Part shown: positions 28,438 to 39,716 of the stretch, one piece after another | How positions within the stretch are numbered: the stretch's first letter is position 1 | Layout of the letters: each line of letters opens with the position of its first letter | From: Minisyncoccota bacterium | Lineage (GTDB): Bacteria; Patescibacteriota; Minisyncoccia; Phycocordibacterales; UBA9973 | Direction: 5' to 3' | Length of the DNA: 64,000 nt | NCBI GenBank assembly: GCA_041664465.1 | Contig: JBAYKP010000001.1 | Location: 68,204 to 132,203, forward strand | The notes under the pieces: model-generated | The model's database searches: none | What the model saw: the letters and a program-made list of their open reading frames with translations, nothing else | Told to the model about the DNA's origin: nothing | Translations under genes and position numbers: made by a program

Positions 28438-29751
28438 TTATTTTGTATTATAATTTCTAAGAATAAGATCCAGCTGGCTGGAAGCTTTATTGATAGCATC
28501 TGTTACTGAAAGCTTGTTGGACAATGAATTCTCTATCAATTCTTTAAAAATAGAATCGGATTGTTCTTTGTCGGGATCAAGCCATGAACGAGCGATAATA
28601 GCAGAGTCAAAGAAAGTGACCAGATATGGGTCTTTGGGCATATCTCTAAGCAAAGACCTCGTCGCTGTAGGTATTGAAGTGCTAATGCCTAACTCTTTAA
28701 GGAAATCAGGGGCAGTTATAAGGGATGAGACTCCTAGGGCAGAGGCTAAATTCATGGACTTTTTATTGGCGACTAACGTATAGATATTGCCATACGTGCG
28801 TTTGATACTGGTCCCCTTTGTCTGAGGGATAGTAGTAACATCAAAACTCAAATTTGGATTGACGGATTGTATTTTAAATAATTCACTGGCATATCCTATA
28901 TAAAAAGCAAGCTTTCCACTTGAAAACATTTCAAAAGAATTTGGCATTGAGCGATTCCAAGAATAAGATTCATTGGAAGGATTTGAGAATTCTAAGAAGA
29001 AATTTACAATCTGTTCAAATGGGGCAACCCCACTAGGCAGAGTATCTTTAATCGTTAGAGCATATCCGGTACTTGTTCGCGCAACTATAGAATTATCGCT
29101 TTCAAGTAAAAGCATTGAGAGAATATCTTTGGAGTGATTCACATTATCATACTGACCGAAGGCTATCATACTTTGTGTGATAGTGCCATCACTTTTTTTC
29201 TTTATCAATTTAGAACCTAAATTAAATAATTCATCCCAAGAAGTCGGAGGATAAAGAATCCCCTCATTGGAAAGCATATTTTTGTTGTAATATAAAACTA
29301 ATGGATCTACTAGTAAAGGAGACCCTATCACTCCATCATTCGCGAGCAAGATATCAGCTCCATCAATATATGAAGTTCGGAAAGATTTCTCGGATAAGCT
29401 AGCGTATGGAATTTTGTAAATAAAATTACTGTTCTTTAGAATCATATCGGGAGTCAGGATGAATAAATCAGGAGCAGAGTCTTTTGCTATTGCTTCTATA
29501 AGGTTCTGTTCATAGCTATCACTCTTCTGTTCTTTATAAGTCACAGTAAAGGGGGCATTGGAGCCAGCGATACTTTCAACTAGTGATGAGACTTGCGCAC
29601 TAGGCAAAGTCCCCCAAATAACAATCTTACCAGAAATCGCATTGGTCCCGCTACTACTCCCACCAATTTTAAGAATTCCAGAGAATATCAAAACTCCAAA
29701 AACAAAGAAGGCTAAAAATATTGCAACCAAGATTGTTTGAAAATTATTCAT
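28438..29751 (-). CDS. Extracellular sugar-type solute-binding protein (family 1-like)
   Basis: N-terminal anchor, IWG, PDLF, LVLYYNK and FSSGKLAFY. Confidence 0.8.
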   Translation of the reverse strand: MNNFQTILVAIFLAFFVFGVLIFSGILKIGGSSSGTNAISGKIVIWGTLPSAQVSSLVESIAGSNAPFTVTYKEQKSDSYEQNLIEAIAKDSAPDLFILTPDMILKNSNFIYKIPYASLSEKSFRTSYIDGADILLANDGVIGSPLLVDPLVLYYNKNMLSNEGILYPPTSWDELFNLGSKLIKKKSDGTITQSMIAFGQYDNVNHSKDILSMLLLESDNSIVARTSTGYALTIKDTLPSGVAPFEQIVNFFLEFSNPSNESYSWNRSMPNSFEMFSSGKLAFYIGYASELFKIQSVNPNLSFDVTTIPQTKGTSIKRTYGNIYTLVANKKSMNLASALGVSSLITAPDFLKELGISTSIPTATRSLLRDMPKDPYLVTFFDSAIIARSWLDPDKEQSDSIFKELIENSLSNKLSVTDAINKASSQLDLILRNYNTK

Positions 29752-29752
29752 A

Positions 29753-30277
29753 CTAATATGTGAAAATTATACCATAATGATGCTCACTTGTGGTAATTTC
29801 TTCTGCAAATTTAAAACCTCTCTTAAGGAATAAATCTATCGCCTCCCTTTTTTCTATTACTCTTTCCCCTGATGGACCCATGCTATTAAAAGATGCTAAC
29901 CACTCTATGAAAAGAATTTTGCCATCATTTTTTAAAATTCTTTTGGCTTCATCTATAAGCCCGAGCTTGTCCTCAGCTTGGAATAAGACATTGGCAATAA
30001 TGACAGCATCCATAGAATGATCGGCTATCTTCGTGCCACCCTTTTTCTCTATATCGCCCCAGATACATTCTACATTTAAAACACCGTTTTCTTTTATTTC
30101 ATTTTCAAGTTTCTTGACTAGATTCTTCTGGACTTCTATGGCATAGACGTGACCTGTATGCCCGACGTGCCTGCCAGCAGAAATAGCATAAGCCCCAGTC
30201 CCAGCTCCAAAGTCTGCGACTCGCATACCTTCTCGTAATCCTAATTGAGCAACATTTTTTTCTGGATTAGAAAACAT
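29753..30277 (-). CDS. Class I SAM-dependent methyltransferase
   Basis: VADFGAGTG, VYAIE and RILKNDGKI. Confidence 0.85.
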   Translation of the reverse strand: MFSNPEKNVAQLGLREGMRVADFGAGTGAYAISAGRHVGHTGHVYAIEVQKNLVKKLENEIKENGVLNVECIWGDIEKKGGTKIADHSMDAVIIANVLFQAEDKLGLIDEAKRILKNDGKILFIEWLASFNSMGPSGERVIEKREAIDLFLKRGFKFAEEITTSEHHYGIIFTY

Positions 30278-30295
30278 AATTATATTATAGCACAT

Positions 30296-32749
30296 TTATA
30301 AACAAGTAATAGATGCGATGGAGTCGCCGGCGTGAAGTTTCATGATAGTGACGCCTTGAGTCTGGCGTCCGGAGGTAGGAATGGACTTCAAGTCTACGCG
30401 AATAACTTGGCCTTTCTGTGAGACGGCAATAATTTCATTTTCTTCACCGACAATTTTAGCCACGATGAGCTTGCCTGTCTTTGGGGTTACTTTGGCGGTT
30501 TTAATTCCAGAACCACTTCGCTTTTGAGTTTTGTATTCTTTGATATTTGTCTTTTTGCCGAGACCATTAGAAGAAAGTGTGAGTAAAGCTAGAGCAGTCT
30601 CACCTTTAGGAATACGATCTACCCCTACTATGAAATCTCCCTTCCCAAGCTTCATCGCACGGACTCCACCTGCACCACGCCCCATCTCACGGACATCACT
30701 TTCTTTGAATCTGATAGACTGACCATTGGTCGTGGCAAGCATTATGTCGTCACCTTTTGTAATAGCTAATACCGCCTCAAGCTCATCATCCTTATCAAGC
30801 TTGATAGCCAATAAGCCACTTCGGCGTACATCTTTGAAACTTTCGGCTGAGACTTTCTTCGTCACGCCCATTTTCGTAACCATCATCAAGTGCTCTATAG
30901 TCTTCTTGGTTTCTTTATCTATCGGCAAAATAGAAGTCACCTTCTCATCGCCAGTAAGAGCCATAAAGTTCATTATGGATTTGCCTTTTGTGGCACGTTT
31001 ACCTTCTGGAATATCATACATTTTAATCTGATAAGCTTTGCCAAGATTTGTAAAGAATAATAATTCGCTGTGAGTATTGGCTGAGACGAGCATTGTCACA
31101 AAGTCTTCTTCTTTCGTTTCTATATCTATGACGCCCACTCCACCACGTTTCTGATTCTTGTATTCAGATGGATCAGTACGCTTGACGTAGCCACCCTTGG
31201 TGAAGACAAGGACTGACTCTTTCTCAGGAATAAGATCTTCTTCATTGATAGATTTGACTCCACCTTTCACAATGCGAGTGCGTCTCTCATCGGCATACTT
31301 TTCTTTGATATCTGAGAGCTCATCTCCAATAACTTTGAGCATCTTCTTTGGGCTGGCAAGTAATGCTTCAAGAGCTTTGATAAGTTCTTGCTTCTCTTTA
31401 AGTTCAAGCTCTACATTTTTTCGCTCAAGACCTGCGAGTTTCTGAAGCTTCATTTCTAAAATGGCTGTCGCTTGTAAGTCAGAGAATTTAAATTCTTTCA
31501 TCAAATTTAATTTGGCGGTCGCTGTATCTTTCGAAGCACGAATGAGCGAGATGACGCGATCAATGTGATCAAGCGCTTTCTTAAGTCCAAGAAGGATATG
31601 CTCGCGCTCTTTGGCTTTCCTTAAGTCAAACTCCGTACGACGACGAACAATCACAACTCTGTGATCTATAAATAAAGAGAGCAAACTCTTGAGCGATAAT
31701 GTCTGAGGCACGCCATCTACAAGCGCTACGATATTATAATTGAAAGATTGCTCAAGCTGAGTATGCTTGTAAATATAATTTAAAACTTTCTCTGGAATTA
31801 CGCCGGACTTCAAATCAATAGCGATACGAATATCTTTGGTAGATTCATCACGAAGACCCTTAATACCTTCAAGCTTTTTCTCTTGGATAAGGAGTGCAAT
31901 AGCTTCTATTAAATTGGATTTATTTACTCTATAAGGAATAGAAGTGATAATAATCTGAAATGTGCCAGACTTCTGCTCCACTATCTCAGCTTCACCGCGA
32001 GTAACGACTCCACCACGGCCAGTAGAATAAGCATGAAGTAAATCTGTCTTGTTGTAAACAATACCCCCAGTTGGAAAGTCAGGACCCTTGACGAATTCCA
32101 TCAAGTCTTCAGTCGTAGCATCTTTGTTCTCTATAAGGTGCAGTGTCGCATCTATAACTTCCGATAGATTGTGTGGAGGAATGTTGGTCGCCATACCGAC
32201 AGCGATACCGAGCGTACCATTTAGAAGTAAATTTGGAACAGCAGTAGGAAGCACTACAGGCTCCTTACGAGTCTGATCATAGTTCGGATGAAAATCAACA
32301 GTTTCTTTCTCTAAATCAAGGAGTAAGAGAGATGAAATTTTTGACATTTTAGCTTCCGTATAACGCATTGCCGCCGCTCCATCGCCATCGATAGAACCAA
32401 AGTTACCTTGACCATGAATAAGTGGATATCTATAAGAGAAATCTTGCGCCATTCCTACCATTGAATCATAGACAGCTACATCGCCGTGAGGATGGTATTT
32501 ACCGAGCACATCTCCGACTACGGCTGCACTTTTACGAAATCTGGCAGAGGAAGTAAGCCCCATTTCATTCATTGCATATAGAATACGACGATGCACCGGT
32601 TTAAGACCATCACGGACATCTGGCAAAGCACGATCAGTAATGACTGACATCGCGTAGTCTATAAATGAATCTTTCATCTCGCGACTGATATCAACTCCCA
32701 CTACATTTATATGTTCTTTTTTAATTTCTGGTTCTTTTTCTTTTGGCAT
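30296..32749 (-). CDS. gyrA: DNA gyrase subunit A
   Basis: [26 protein letters not shown] and GyrA-box QKRGGVG. Confidence 0.98.
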   Translation of the reverse strand: MPKEKEPEIKKEHINVVGVDISREMKDSFIDYAMSVITDRALPDVRDGLKPVHRRILYAMNEMGLTSSARFRKSAAVVGDVLGKYHPHGDVAVYDSMVGMAQDFSYRYPLIHGQGNFGSIDGDGAAAMRYTEAKMSKISSLLLLDLEKETVDFHPNYDQTRKEPVVLPTAVPNLLLNGTLGIAVGMATNIPPHNLSEVIDATLHLIENKDATTEDLMEFVKGPDFPTGGIVYNKTDLLHAYSTGRGGVVTRGEAEIVEQKSGTFQIIITSIPYRVNKSNLIEAIALLIQEKKLEGIKGLRDESTKDIRIAIDLKSGVIPEKVLNYIYKHTQLEQSFNYNIVALVDGVPQTLSLKSLLSLFIDHRVVIVRRRTEFDLRKAKEREHILLGLKKALDHIDRVISLIRASKDTATAKLNLMKEFKFSDLQATAILEMKLQKLAGLERKNVELELKEKQELIKALEALLASPKKMLKVIGDELSDIKEKYADERRTRIVKGGVKSINEEDLIPEKESVLVFTKGGYVKRTDPSEYKNQKRGGVGVIDIETKEEDFVTMLVSANTHSELLFFTNLGKAYQIKMYDIPEGKRATKGKSIMNFMALTGDEKVTSILPIDKETKKTIEHLMMVTKMGVTKKVSAESFKDVRRSGLLAIKLDKDDELEAVLAITKGDDIMLATTNGQSIRFKESDVREMGRGAGGVRAMKLGKGDFIVGVDRIPKGETALALLTLSSNGLGKKTNIKEYKTQKRSGSGIKTAKVTPKTGKLIVAKIVGEENEIIAVSQKGQVIRVDLKSIPTSGRQTQGVTIMKLHAGDSIASITCL

Positions 32750-32750
32750 A

Positions 32751-33086
32751 TTATTGATTAGGATATTCTACTGGTATTAAATCTATCTTCTTCTCTAATT
32801 TTGTATTAACTGGCTGGCTGGTAACTTCTTTTTTATTTGTAAATGGAGAATTTGCGACACTTGCTCCTATATTCTTAAATGTATCCGATAATGAATTCTT
32901 GAAAAGTTGGAATGGCTTGATGTCTTTGTTCGTTTGCTCTGCTACTTTTCCATTCCCAAAACGAGTTCCTAAATTATAAATCCAAATAAAAGAAACGAAA
33001 GACATACAAAGTATAAGAACAGCGACAAATATTAATTTGCGAGTCTCTTCACTTTTTGATTGTAACTTTTTTATATATGCTCTCAT
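32751..33086 (-). CDS. Small single-TM hypothetical protein
   Basis: ORF packed in the gyrA operon, one TM. Confidence 0.6.
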   Translation of the reverse strand: MRAYIKKLQSKSEETRKLIFVAVLILCMSFVSFIWIYNLGTRFGNGKVAEQTNKDIKPFQLFKNSLSDTFKNIGASVANSPFTNKKEVTSQPVNTKLEKKIDLIPVEYPNQ

Positions 33087-33088
33087 AA

Positions 33089-33715
33089 CTAATTTGATAA
33101 TACTATAATTTCTCCTTCACGGCCAATTAATTCTTTGGCTTTGATTGTGAGCTTATCTACTCCTACTATTTTATCTTGCCCTCCTTCTTTGAGGAATGCT
33201 TTCAAAGTCTTCTCATCATAGTCCATCGGTATAATTATTTTTGGTTCTAGAGATACGGCTAGTTTGTAAGCTTCAGATGGATCTAGTAAATCGTGGTTGC
33301 CAATAGGTACAAATAAAATATCAGGATTTCCTATGTCTCCGCGAACCTCTGCCGTTACTTTATTGTTGGACATACAGCCCAAGAAACAAATTGAGATATT
33401 CTCAATAGAAAGAGAATAAATAGTATTGATATATTTTTTCTCATTTAGAATCGTCTCTGTCATTATTCCTTTTATGAAAATATCTTTGACTTCATAGTCT
33501 CCGGGACCTTTAACTTCAAACGGTACTGTCTCTCCGTGTGAGACCATATCAAAGCCATTATAATCTGGATGATTAGTTGTAGAAAGAGCTATATCAGAAC
33601 CAAAGCGTGCACCTTTGAATTCTCCCTTGGAATCTTTGCTTATAGGATTAACCGCCACCACCAAATTCCCCTGCTGAATCTTGAAAAATTGTTTGCCTAG
33701 ATATGTGATAATCAT
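33089..33715 (-). CDS. MBL-fold metallo-hydrolase-like protein (degenerate metal site)
   Basis: IITYLG..FKI, HPDYN, GPGDYEV, DILFVPIG and PKIIIPM. Confidence 0.75.
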   Translation of the reverse strand: MIITYLGKQFFKIQQGNLVVAVNPISKDSKGEFKGARFGSDIALSTTNHPDYNGFDMVSHGETVPFEVKGPGDYEVKDIFIKGIMTETILNEKKYINTIYSLSIENISICFLGCMSNNKVTAEVRGDIGNPDILFVPIGNHDLLDPSEAYKLAVSLEPKIIIPMDYDEKTLKAFLKEGGQDKIVGVDKLTIKAKELIGREGEIIVLSN

Positions 33716-33760
33716 AAGTATATTATAGCAAATATTTGGAAAATAAGGAAGTGAGAATAT

Positions 33761-34372
33761 CTATTTTCCTACGCAATAATTGTAGATAGAATAATTATAA
33801 TCTGCATGAAGATAATTATTGGGACTAAAAGGATCTATTACATCAATGTGCCCCAAATTATTTTTATCAGAAGTATTTTCAAGCCAAGTGCAAAGTAAGT
33901 AATGAGTTGCATTATAACTACCTAAAGTTCCATTTGATCTATAGTGATAAAGTCTATTTACAGATTGTCCAGGAGGATTACCGCTCCAAGGGAACATTCC
34001 CGATGCAACATTTACCGGGTCACGAGGAACATAAGACATACTACCACTATTAACAAGTGGCAAAAATAAATTGTTCCAAGAATTTAAACCAGTATCCCAA
34101 GCTGGATTTGTATTTGCATAAGTTCCTGATATTGCAGAAGTCGTGCCAGTTGCTGGATATCCACCATGAGTATCATAATATAATTCTAGGGCGATACTCA
34201 TTTGACGAAAGTCTGACTTTCTTCTAGAATCATTAGCTTTTATTTTTGCCTCATGTAAGAAAGACAACACAACTGTTGATAAAATTCCAATAATTGCAAT
34301 TACAACTAAAAGTTCAATTAAAGTAAACCCTTTATTTGATGAAATTAAATTTTTCTGCAAAAATTTAAACAT
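33761..34372 (-). CDS. Type IV pilin / GspG-like prepilin
   Basis: KG|FTLIELLVVIAIIGIL N-methylation motif; ALELYY..G.YP. Confidence 0.9.
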   Translation of the reverse strand: MFKFLQKNLISSNKGFTLIELLVVIAIIGILSTVVLSFLHEAKIKANDSRRKSDFRQMSIALELYYDTHGGYPATGTTSAISGTYANTNPAWDTGLNSWNNLFLPLVNSGSMSYVPRDPVNVASGMFPWSGNPPGQSVNRLYHYRSNGTLGSYNATHYLLCTWLENTSDKNNLGHIDVIDPFSPNNYLHADYNYSIYNYCVGK

Positions 34373-34496
34373 ATAGTTTATTATACTACTTATATAATAT
34401 ATATGTAAATTATGTCATTTTAAATAATGACAAGTCCTCTTATTTAGACTATTTTCTTGCAGAATATCTTCTTTTATAGTATAGTAACTAGATTAT

Positions 34497-34580
34497 CAGC
34501 CAGATTGGAATATAACCCTTATTGTTAAAGCTTTTTTAACAAAAGACATCCAAGCTGTGCCGCAATAGTGCGGTTTTTTT
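34497..34580 (+). promoter_or_regulatory. Candidate structured 5' leader of rpsA
   Basis: cagc/ttgga...tccaa/gctg pairing encloses ttgttaaa/tttaacaa, then a ccgca-atag-tgcgg hairpin followed by a T-run just before the ATG. Confidence 0.35.
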
Positions 34581-34598
34581 AGTTCCAAAATAAGAATT

Positions 34599-35729
34599 AT
34601 GACAAAAACAAATGATGATGTAGTTTCAAGCATCGCAGAACATGCAAAAATTGAACTTTCAAGTATCGGTAAAATGCTTGATAAAGCCGAGCTTCCACCA
34701 CAAGTGGATGCCCTCGTAGAAGGTCCTGTAATTTCTATTCAGAAATCTTCTGTGTATATTGACCTCGCTCCTTTTGGAACAGGTATTATATATGGACGTG
34801 AATTTATAAATGCAAAAGATATAATTAAGAAAGTAAATATCGGTGATGTTGTAAAAGCCAAAGTTGTCGGTACTGATAATGATGAAGGTTATATAGAATT
34901 ATCTTTGAAAGAAGCAAAGCAAGCCCTCATTTGGAGTGAAGCTGATAAAGCTATCAAATCCAAAGTTGCTCTTGAGCTTACAGTCAAAGAAGCAAATAAA
35001 GGCGGACTTATCCTAGAGTGGCAAGGTATTGCTGGATTTCTTCCTGCATCTCAGCTTAAGAGTGAGCACTATCCTCGCGTAGAAGATTCCGATAAAGACA
35101 AAATTTTGAAAGCTTTGAAAATGCTCGTTGGTAAACGTATCAACGTCGTGATGATTTCAGCTCTTCCAAAAGAAGGCAAGCTAATCTTCTCCGAAAAAGA
35201 TAACAATCCAGAAGAACGTCAAGAAATTATCGGTAAGTATGAAGTCGGCAATGAGCTTGAATGCGTCGTCGCTGGTATCGTAGACTTCGGAGTATTCTTA
35301 AAAGTGGAGGAGGGCTTAGAAGGGCTTGTCCACATATCTGAGATTGATTGGGGTTTGGTAGATGATCCAAGAACAATGTTTAAAGTGGGAGAGAAAATCA
35401 AAGCTAAGATAATTGATATCAAAGATGGGAAAATTTCTTTATCAATCAAAGCTTTGAAAGAAAATCCCTGGAAAGAATTTGAAAATAAACTTAAAAAGGG
35501 CGATATCGTCTCAGGAGTCGTCATCAAGTTCAACAAGCATGGAGCTCTCGTCTCTATCAAGCAAGGTGTAGCAGGACTTGTCCATAACTCAAGCTTCGGA
35601 TCAGAAGAGAAATTAAAGAAGACTTTAGAACTTGGTAAAACTTACAACTTCCAAGTAACTCTCTTTGAACCAAAAGACCAGAGAATGACTCTAGTTCACT
35701 TAGACGACACAGCAAAAAAAGCAGAATAA
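34599..35729 (+). CDS. rpsA: 30S ribosomal protein S1 (four S1 domains)
   Basis: GFLPASQL, FGVF..GLVHISEI and KISLSIK. Confidence 0.88.
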   Translation: MTKTNDDVVSSIAEHAKIELSSIGKMLDKAELPPQVDALVEGPVISIQKSSVYIDLAPFGTGIIYGREFINAKDIIKKVNIGDVVKAKVVGTDNDEGYIELSLKEAKQALIWSEADKAIKSKVALELTVKEANKGGLILEWQGIAGFLPASQLKSEHYPRVEDSDKDKILKALKMLVGKRINVVMISALPKEGKLIFSEKDNNPEERQEIIGKYEVGNELECVVAGIVDFGVFLKVEEGLEGLVHISEIDWGLVDDPRTMFKVGEKIKAKIIDIKDGKISLSIKALKENPWKEFENKLKKGDIVSGVVIKFNKHGALVSIKQGVAGLVHNSSFGSEEKLKKTLELGKTYNFQVTLFEPKDQRMTLVHLDDTAKKAE

Positions 35730-35737
35730 TGTATCCA

Positions 35738-35769
35738 TTAAAAAATCCCTCATCTGAGGGATTTTTTAA
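35738..35769. terminator. Bidirectional terminator rpsA/pth
   Basis: ttaaaaaatccctca-tc-tgagggattttttaa. Confidence 0.8.
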
Positions 35770-36353
35770 TTATACAACGTCATTGCTTTATCTTTCCCTT
35801 CAACTGAAAGTATTGTGATTATTTCTCTAACTTTTTTGGAAATCTTTTTTATTTCTTTCAACTCATCTTCTTTATATGCCCCCAACAAAAATTTAAGTAT
35901 TGCTTCCTCCCCTTTCGGCTTTTTAATTTTCCCTGTTGGTGTGACTGGTGATACCCCAATACGTATACGAACAAACTCGCGAGATTTTACTTTCTTTATC
36001 ACAGATTCCAAACCATTATGCCCTCCTGAGCTACGATTGAAAGAAATTTTTAGACTACCAAGCGGTAAATCTATATCGTCATAAACTACTACTAGATTTT
36101 TCAATTTCTTTTTGTCATCTATTACCTGAGCTACAACATTCCCCGAATTATTCATAAAAGTATTCGGTAAAATAAATTCTACTTTCTCGCCATCAAGCTC
36201 TCCTTTACTTCTAAATGATTTTAATTTCATATCATCCTTCCAATCCAAAAAGTCATTGGCCTTCGCAATATTTTGAAGAATCATTCGCCCAGTATTGTGC
36301 CGAGTATTTTCATATTCTTTTCCTGGATTGCCCAGCCCTACTGTTAATATCAT
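35766..36353 (-). CDS. pth: Peptidyl-tRNA hydrolase
   Basis: GLGNPG..TRHN, PNTFMN, SGGHNG and RIRIG. Confidence 0.95.
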   Translation of the reverse strand: MILTVGLGNPGKEYENTRHNTGRMILQNIAKANDFLDWKDDMKLKSFRSKGELDGEKVEFILPNTFMNNSGNVVAQVIDDKKKLKNLVVVYDDIDLPLGSLKISFNRSSGGHNGLESVIKKVKSREFVRIRIGVSPVTPTGKIKKPKGEEAILKFLLGAYKEDELKEIKKISKKVREIITILSVEGKDKAMTLYN

Positions 36354-36449
36354 TTTTTTATTGTAACATAAAAAATAATTTTGATTTTACACCACACCAC
36401 ACTAAAACATATTCTGTCAATAGATATTATGTGATAAAATAGCCACTAT

Positions 36450-37037
36450 ATGGAAAATAAAACAAGTTTAAATGTTCCTGTTAAATCAAAATGGAAAGAA
36501 TTTTTAGAAAATGGTTGGGATTTACTCAAATTTGCAGTAGTGGCTCTAATTATCGTCTTACCTATCCGTATGTGGATAGCACAGCCATTCGTAGTCTCAG
36601 GCGAGTCTATGTACCCTACATTCGACAATGGTCAATACTTAATAATAGATGAGATATCTTATATCTTAGGTAACGCCCAAAGAGGAGATGTTGTCGTCTT
36701 TCGTTATCCCAATGATACAAAAAGGTTTTTTATAAAAAGGGTTATCGGTTTACCAAATGAGAAAATAATCGTAAATAATGGAGAAGTAACAATTATAAAC
36801 AAAGAGCATCCAGATGGTTTCAAAATGGTAGAACCATACATCAATGAGAAATTCTTCACCGGCTCTACATATGAGACAAAAGATAACGAATACTTTGTAA
36901 TGGGAGACAATAGAAACAGAAGCTCCGATTCTAGATTCTGGGGAATACTTCCTAAGAATTTAATGATTGGTAAAGTTTTCTTGCGACTTCTCCCTATTAA
37001 GACGATGTCTTATATGCCTGGGAAATATAATCAATAA
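36450..37037 (+). CDS. lepB: Signal peptidase I
   Basis: SGESMYPT, FIKRVIG and GDNR..SSDSR. Confidence 0.95.
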   Translation: MENKTSLNVPVKSKWKEFLENGWDLLKFAVVALIIVLPIRMWIAQPFVVSGESMYPTFDNGQYLIIDEISYILGNAQRGDVVVFRYPNDTKRFFIKRVIGLPNEKIIVNNGEVTIINKEHPDGFKMVEPYINEKFFTGSTYETKDNEYFVMGDNRNRSSDSRFWGILPKNLMIGKVFLRLLPIKTMSYMPGKYNQ

Positions 37038-37066
37038 TAAATAATAATTAATAAATTTTAAACAGA

Positions 37067-38362
37067 ATGAATTCTCAAAATAAAAAAAATAAAGATCCTT
37101 TCCAATCTATAAAAGGGATGCGGGATATAATAGATGAACAATACTATCACTTCCAAGGATTTTTCGAAAAAGCTCAAGAAATTGCTGTCTATTATGGCTT
37201 CAAACCAATAGAGACGCCAATAGTAGAACAGGAAGGAGTCTTCACATCTTCTATCGGAGAAGGAACAGATATTATAGATAAAGAAATGTACACCTTGAAA
37301 ACAAAGGGCGGTGACCACTTGGCTCTTCGCCCTGAGCATACTGCCGGCCTTATGCGTAGCTATATAGAACACGGAATGCAATCTCTACCTCAGCCATTAC
37401 TCTTCTATAGTTATGGACCTACTTTTAGACACGATAATCCACAGAAAGGACGCTATCGCCAATTCTATCAATTTGATATGGATGTAATCGGTAGTGAGAA
37501 AAGTATCTTAGACGCTCTCGTAATTAAAACAACTTGGACAATACTAGAAGAAGCTGGTGCCAAGAATTTATCTGTGGATATCAATTCCATTGGTGACAAA
37601 GAATGTCGTAATGGATATATCCGCGAGCTTGTCGCTTATTACAAGAAAAATATTCATCTCCTTCCCGCCATTGATCGTGAAAGATTGAAAACTAATCCGC
37701 TTAGAATTCTAGATTCAAAAGAAGAGAAAACTATTGAGCTCAATCAAAACGCTCCTGATACTCTCTCGCATTTATGTACCGAATGTAAAAAACATTTCAA
37801 AGAAGTCTTGGAATATCTTGAGAAAATGGAAATCCCCTACAATATAAATAAATGTCTAGTCAGAGGTCTTTCTTATTATACTAGAACTGTTATTGAAATA
37901 ATGATAGAGGATGAAGAGACTAGCAAGAAAATAACAATCGCTGGCGGAGGACGCTATGACTACTTGGGCAAACAATTAGGCTCTAAGAAAGATGTCGGAG
38001 CTGTCGGTGTCTCCATCGGAGTAGATAGAGTAGTAGAAGCTCCTTGGTTTTCCAATTTAACTCCTCGCATTATAAAAAAGCCGAAGATATATTTCATCCA
38101 GCTTGGTTTCGATGCTAAATTAAAATCATTAAATGTCATAGAAATACTCCGCAAAGGCAAAGTGCCAATAGCTCAATCTATTTCTAAAGATAATCTAGGT
38201 GCTCAGCTAGCCGTAGCTGAAAAGCTTGGAATGCGATACGCCATAATCTTTGGACAGAAAGAAGCAATGGAAAATTCTGTAATTTTTAGAGATATGAGCA
38301 ATAGATCTCAAGATACAGTCAAGCTACCAAATCTACTTGATTACATCAAAAATCTTAAATAA
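37067..38362 (+). CDS. hisS: Histidine--tRNA ligase
   Basis: KGMRD, KEMY, LRPE, GRYRQF, LVRGLSYY and GGGRYD. Confidence 0.96.
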   Translation: MNSQNKKNKDPFQSIKGMRDIIDEQYYHFQGFFEKAQEIAVYYGFKPIETPIVEQEGVFTSSIGEGTDIIDKEMYTLKTKGGDHLALRPEHTAGLMRSYIEHGMQSLPQPLLFYSYGPTFRHDNPQKGRYRQFYQFDMDVIGSEKSILDALVIKTTWTILEEAGAKNLSVDINSIGDKECRNGYIRELVAYYKKNIHLLPAIDRERLKTNPLRILDSKEEKTIELNQNAPDTLSHLCTECKKHFKEVLEYLEKMEIPYNINKCLVRGLSYYTRTVIEIMIEDEETSKKITIAGGGRYDYLGKQLGSKKDVGAVGVSIGVDRVVEAPWFSNLTPRIIKKPKIYFIQLGFDAKLKSLNVIEILRKGKVPIAQSISKDNLGAQLAVAEKLGMRYAIIFGQKEAMENSVIFRDMSNRSQDTVKLPNLLDYIKNLK

Positions 38363-38367
38363 AAAAT

Positions 38368-38910
38368 ATGATTAAAATTGTTCAAAGTGAAGATCCAGTC
38401 CTACGCAAAATATCAAAGGAAGTTCCTCTCGCTCTCATCAGCAAACCGAAAATACAAAAAATCGTACAAGATATGATGGTGGCTTTAGATTCTCAAGATG
38501 ATGGTGTAGCTATTGCTGCTCCACAGATAGGAGTATCACTTCGTATCTTTGTAATCTCTGGAAGAATTTTCGATGAAGATTTCATTAGAGGAAAAGGCTC
38601 AACGCAAGGCGATCTCTACAAGAAAGCTCGTCGCCCTGATATGGTCTTTATCAATCCAATATTGAAGAAGATATCTAAAGATAGAAAGCTCCTATCCGAA
38701 GGATGCCTCTCTGTCCGACCTCTATATGGCAAAGTCCGCCGTGCCACTCGTGCCTCAGTCGAAGCTTATGATGAAAATGGCAAGAAATTTAGCAAAGATG
38801 GAAATGGATTACTCGCTCATATTTTTCAACACGAGACAGATCATCTAGATGGAATACTCTTCACAGACAAAGCAAAAGATATACACGAAACGCTTTTAGA
38901 TGAAGAATAA
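38368..38910 (+). CDS. def: Peptide deformylase
   Basis: GVAIAAPQIG, EGCLS and QHETDHL. Confidence 0.96.
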   Translation: MIKIVQSEDPVLRKISKEVPLALISKPKIQKIVQDMMVALDSQDDGVAIAAPQIGVSLRIFVISGRIFDEDFIRGKGSTQGDLYKKARRPDMVFINPILKKISKDRKLLSEGCLSVRPLYGKVRRATRASVEAYDENGKKFSKDGNGLLAHIFQHETDHLDGILFTDKAKDIHETLLDEE

Positions 38911-38962
38911 ACCTAGCAAGAACGGTTCTTGCTAGGTTCTTGCTAGGTTTTCTTGCTAGGTT
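38910..38962. repeat. REP palindrome plus two half-copies
   Basis: aacctagcaagaac-g-gttcttgctaggtt then tcttgctaggtt twice; the last half-copy supplies the RAYT TAG stop. Confidence 0.92.
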
Positions 38963-39636
38963 TGAGGTTCTAGGGTTTCAAAATAATTTTCAACAAATTC
39001 CTTAAAAGATTGTTTATTATGAAAATAATCTGGAAAATTATCTTTATTTAAAATACTATTTTCTATTCTATCATCTCCTGTATAATCTTGATAACTAGAA
39101 TATTTATATGATTCTAAAAAGTTCTTCATATCTACTGATGACTTATTCAAATTATCTTCCCACTCAGGAAATTCTATCTCTAATGAATTAAGATGAATAT
39201 ATGCAAATAATTGTCTTAAATAATTATCATCATTCCCTACTAATTTAGCTTTAAATAATCCTCCAAATAATGCTCCTTTTCTTTGATATTTTATATTAAA
39301 AAACATTGAATATCCTACTCCTAATTTTCTCATAAATTTAGTTATACCACCATCAACATCTTGTCTAACTAATATGTGAAAGTGATTGTTCATCAAACAC
39401 CACGCACCAATAGAGATAATACTCTTTTCTTTTTTGATTTTTAAAATATCATAGTATTTTTTATTTTGATTATTTACAAGATTATCAATCCGAAAAGATT
39501 CTTCAGAGTTTGCGAGATAAAGAAGCATAATAAATCTTTCATAATCTCCTTTGATTTTAAAAATTACTCTCTTATCAATACCCCTATTATAAATATGGTA
39601 ATATTCTCCTGTTATAAATGGATCTTTCCTTAACAT
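38956..39636 (-). mobile_element. REP-associated tyrosine transposase (RAYT; Y1 HUH, IS200-like)
   Basis: YHIYNRG, WCLMNNHFHILV (HUH), R.G.LF...F, YIHLN (catalytic Tyr) and YKYSSY; flanked by REP palindromes. Confidence 0.9.
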
Positions 39637-39662
39637 AATTATATTATATCAATTTCAAACGC

Positions 39663-39704
39663 ACCTAGCAAGAACGGTTCTTGCTAGGTAGTTCTTGCTA
39701 GGTT
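39663..39704. repeat. REP palindrome plus one half-copy
   Basis: acctagcaagaac-g-gttcttgctaggt followed by gttcttgctaggtt. Confidence 0.92.
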
Positions 39705-39716
39705 CTATAAAATATA

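Noticed and set aside
38594-38612. Extra segment in def (GKGSTQGD) as a palindromic insert
   Set aside because: No convincing inverted repeat; the region is variable in deformylases
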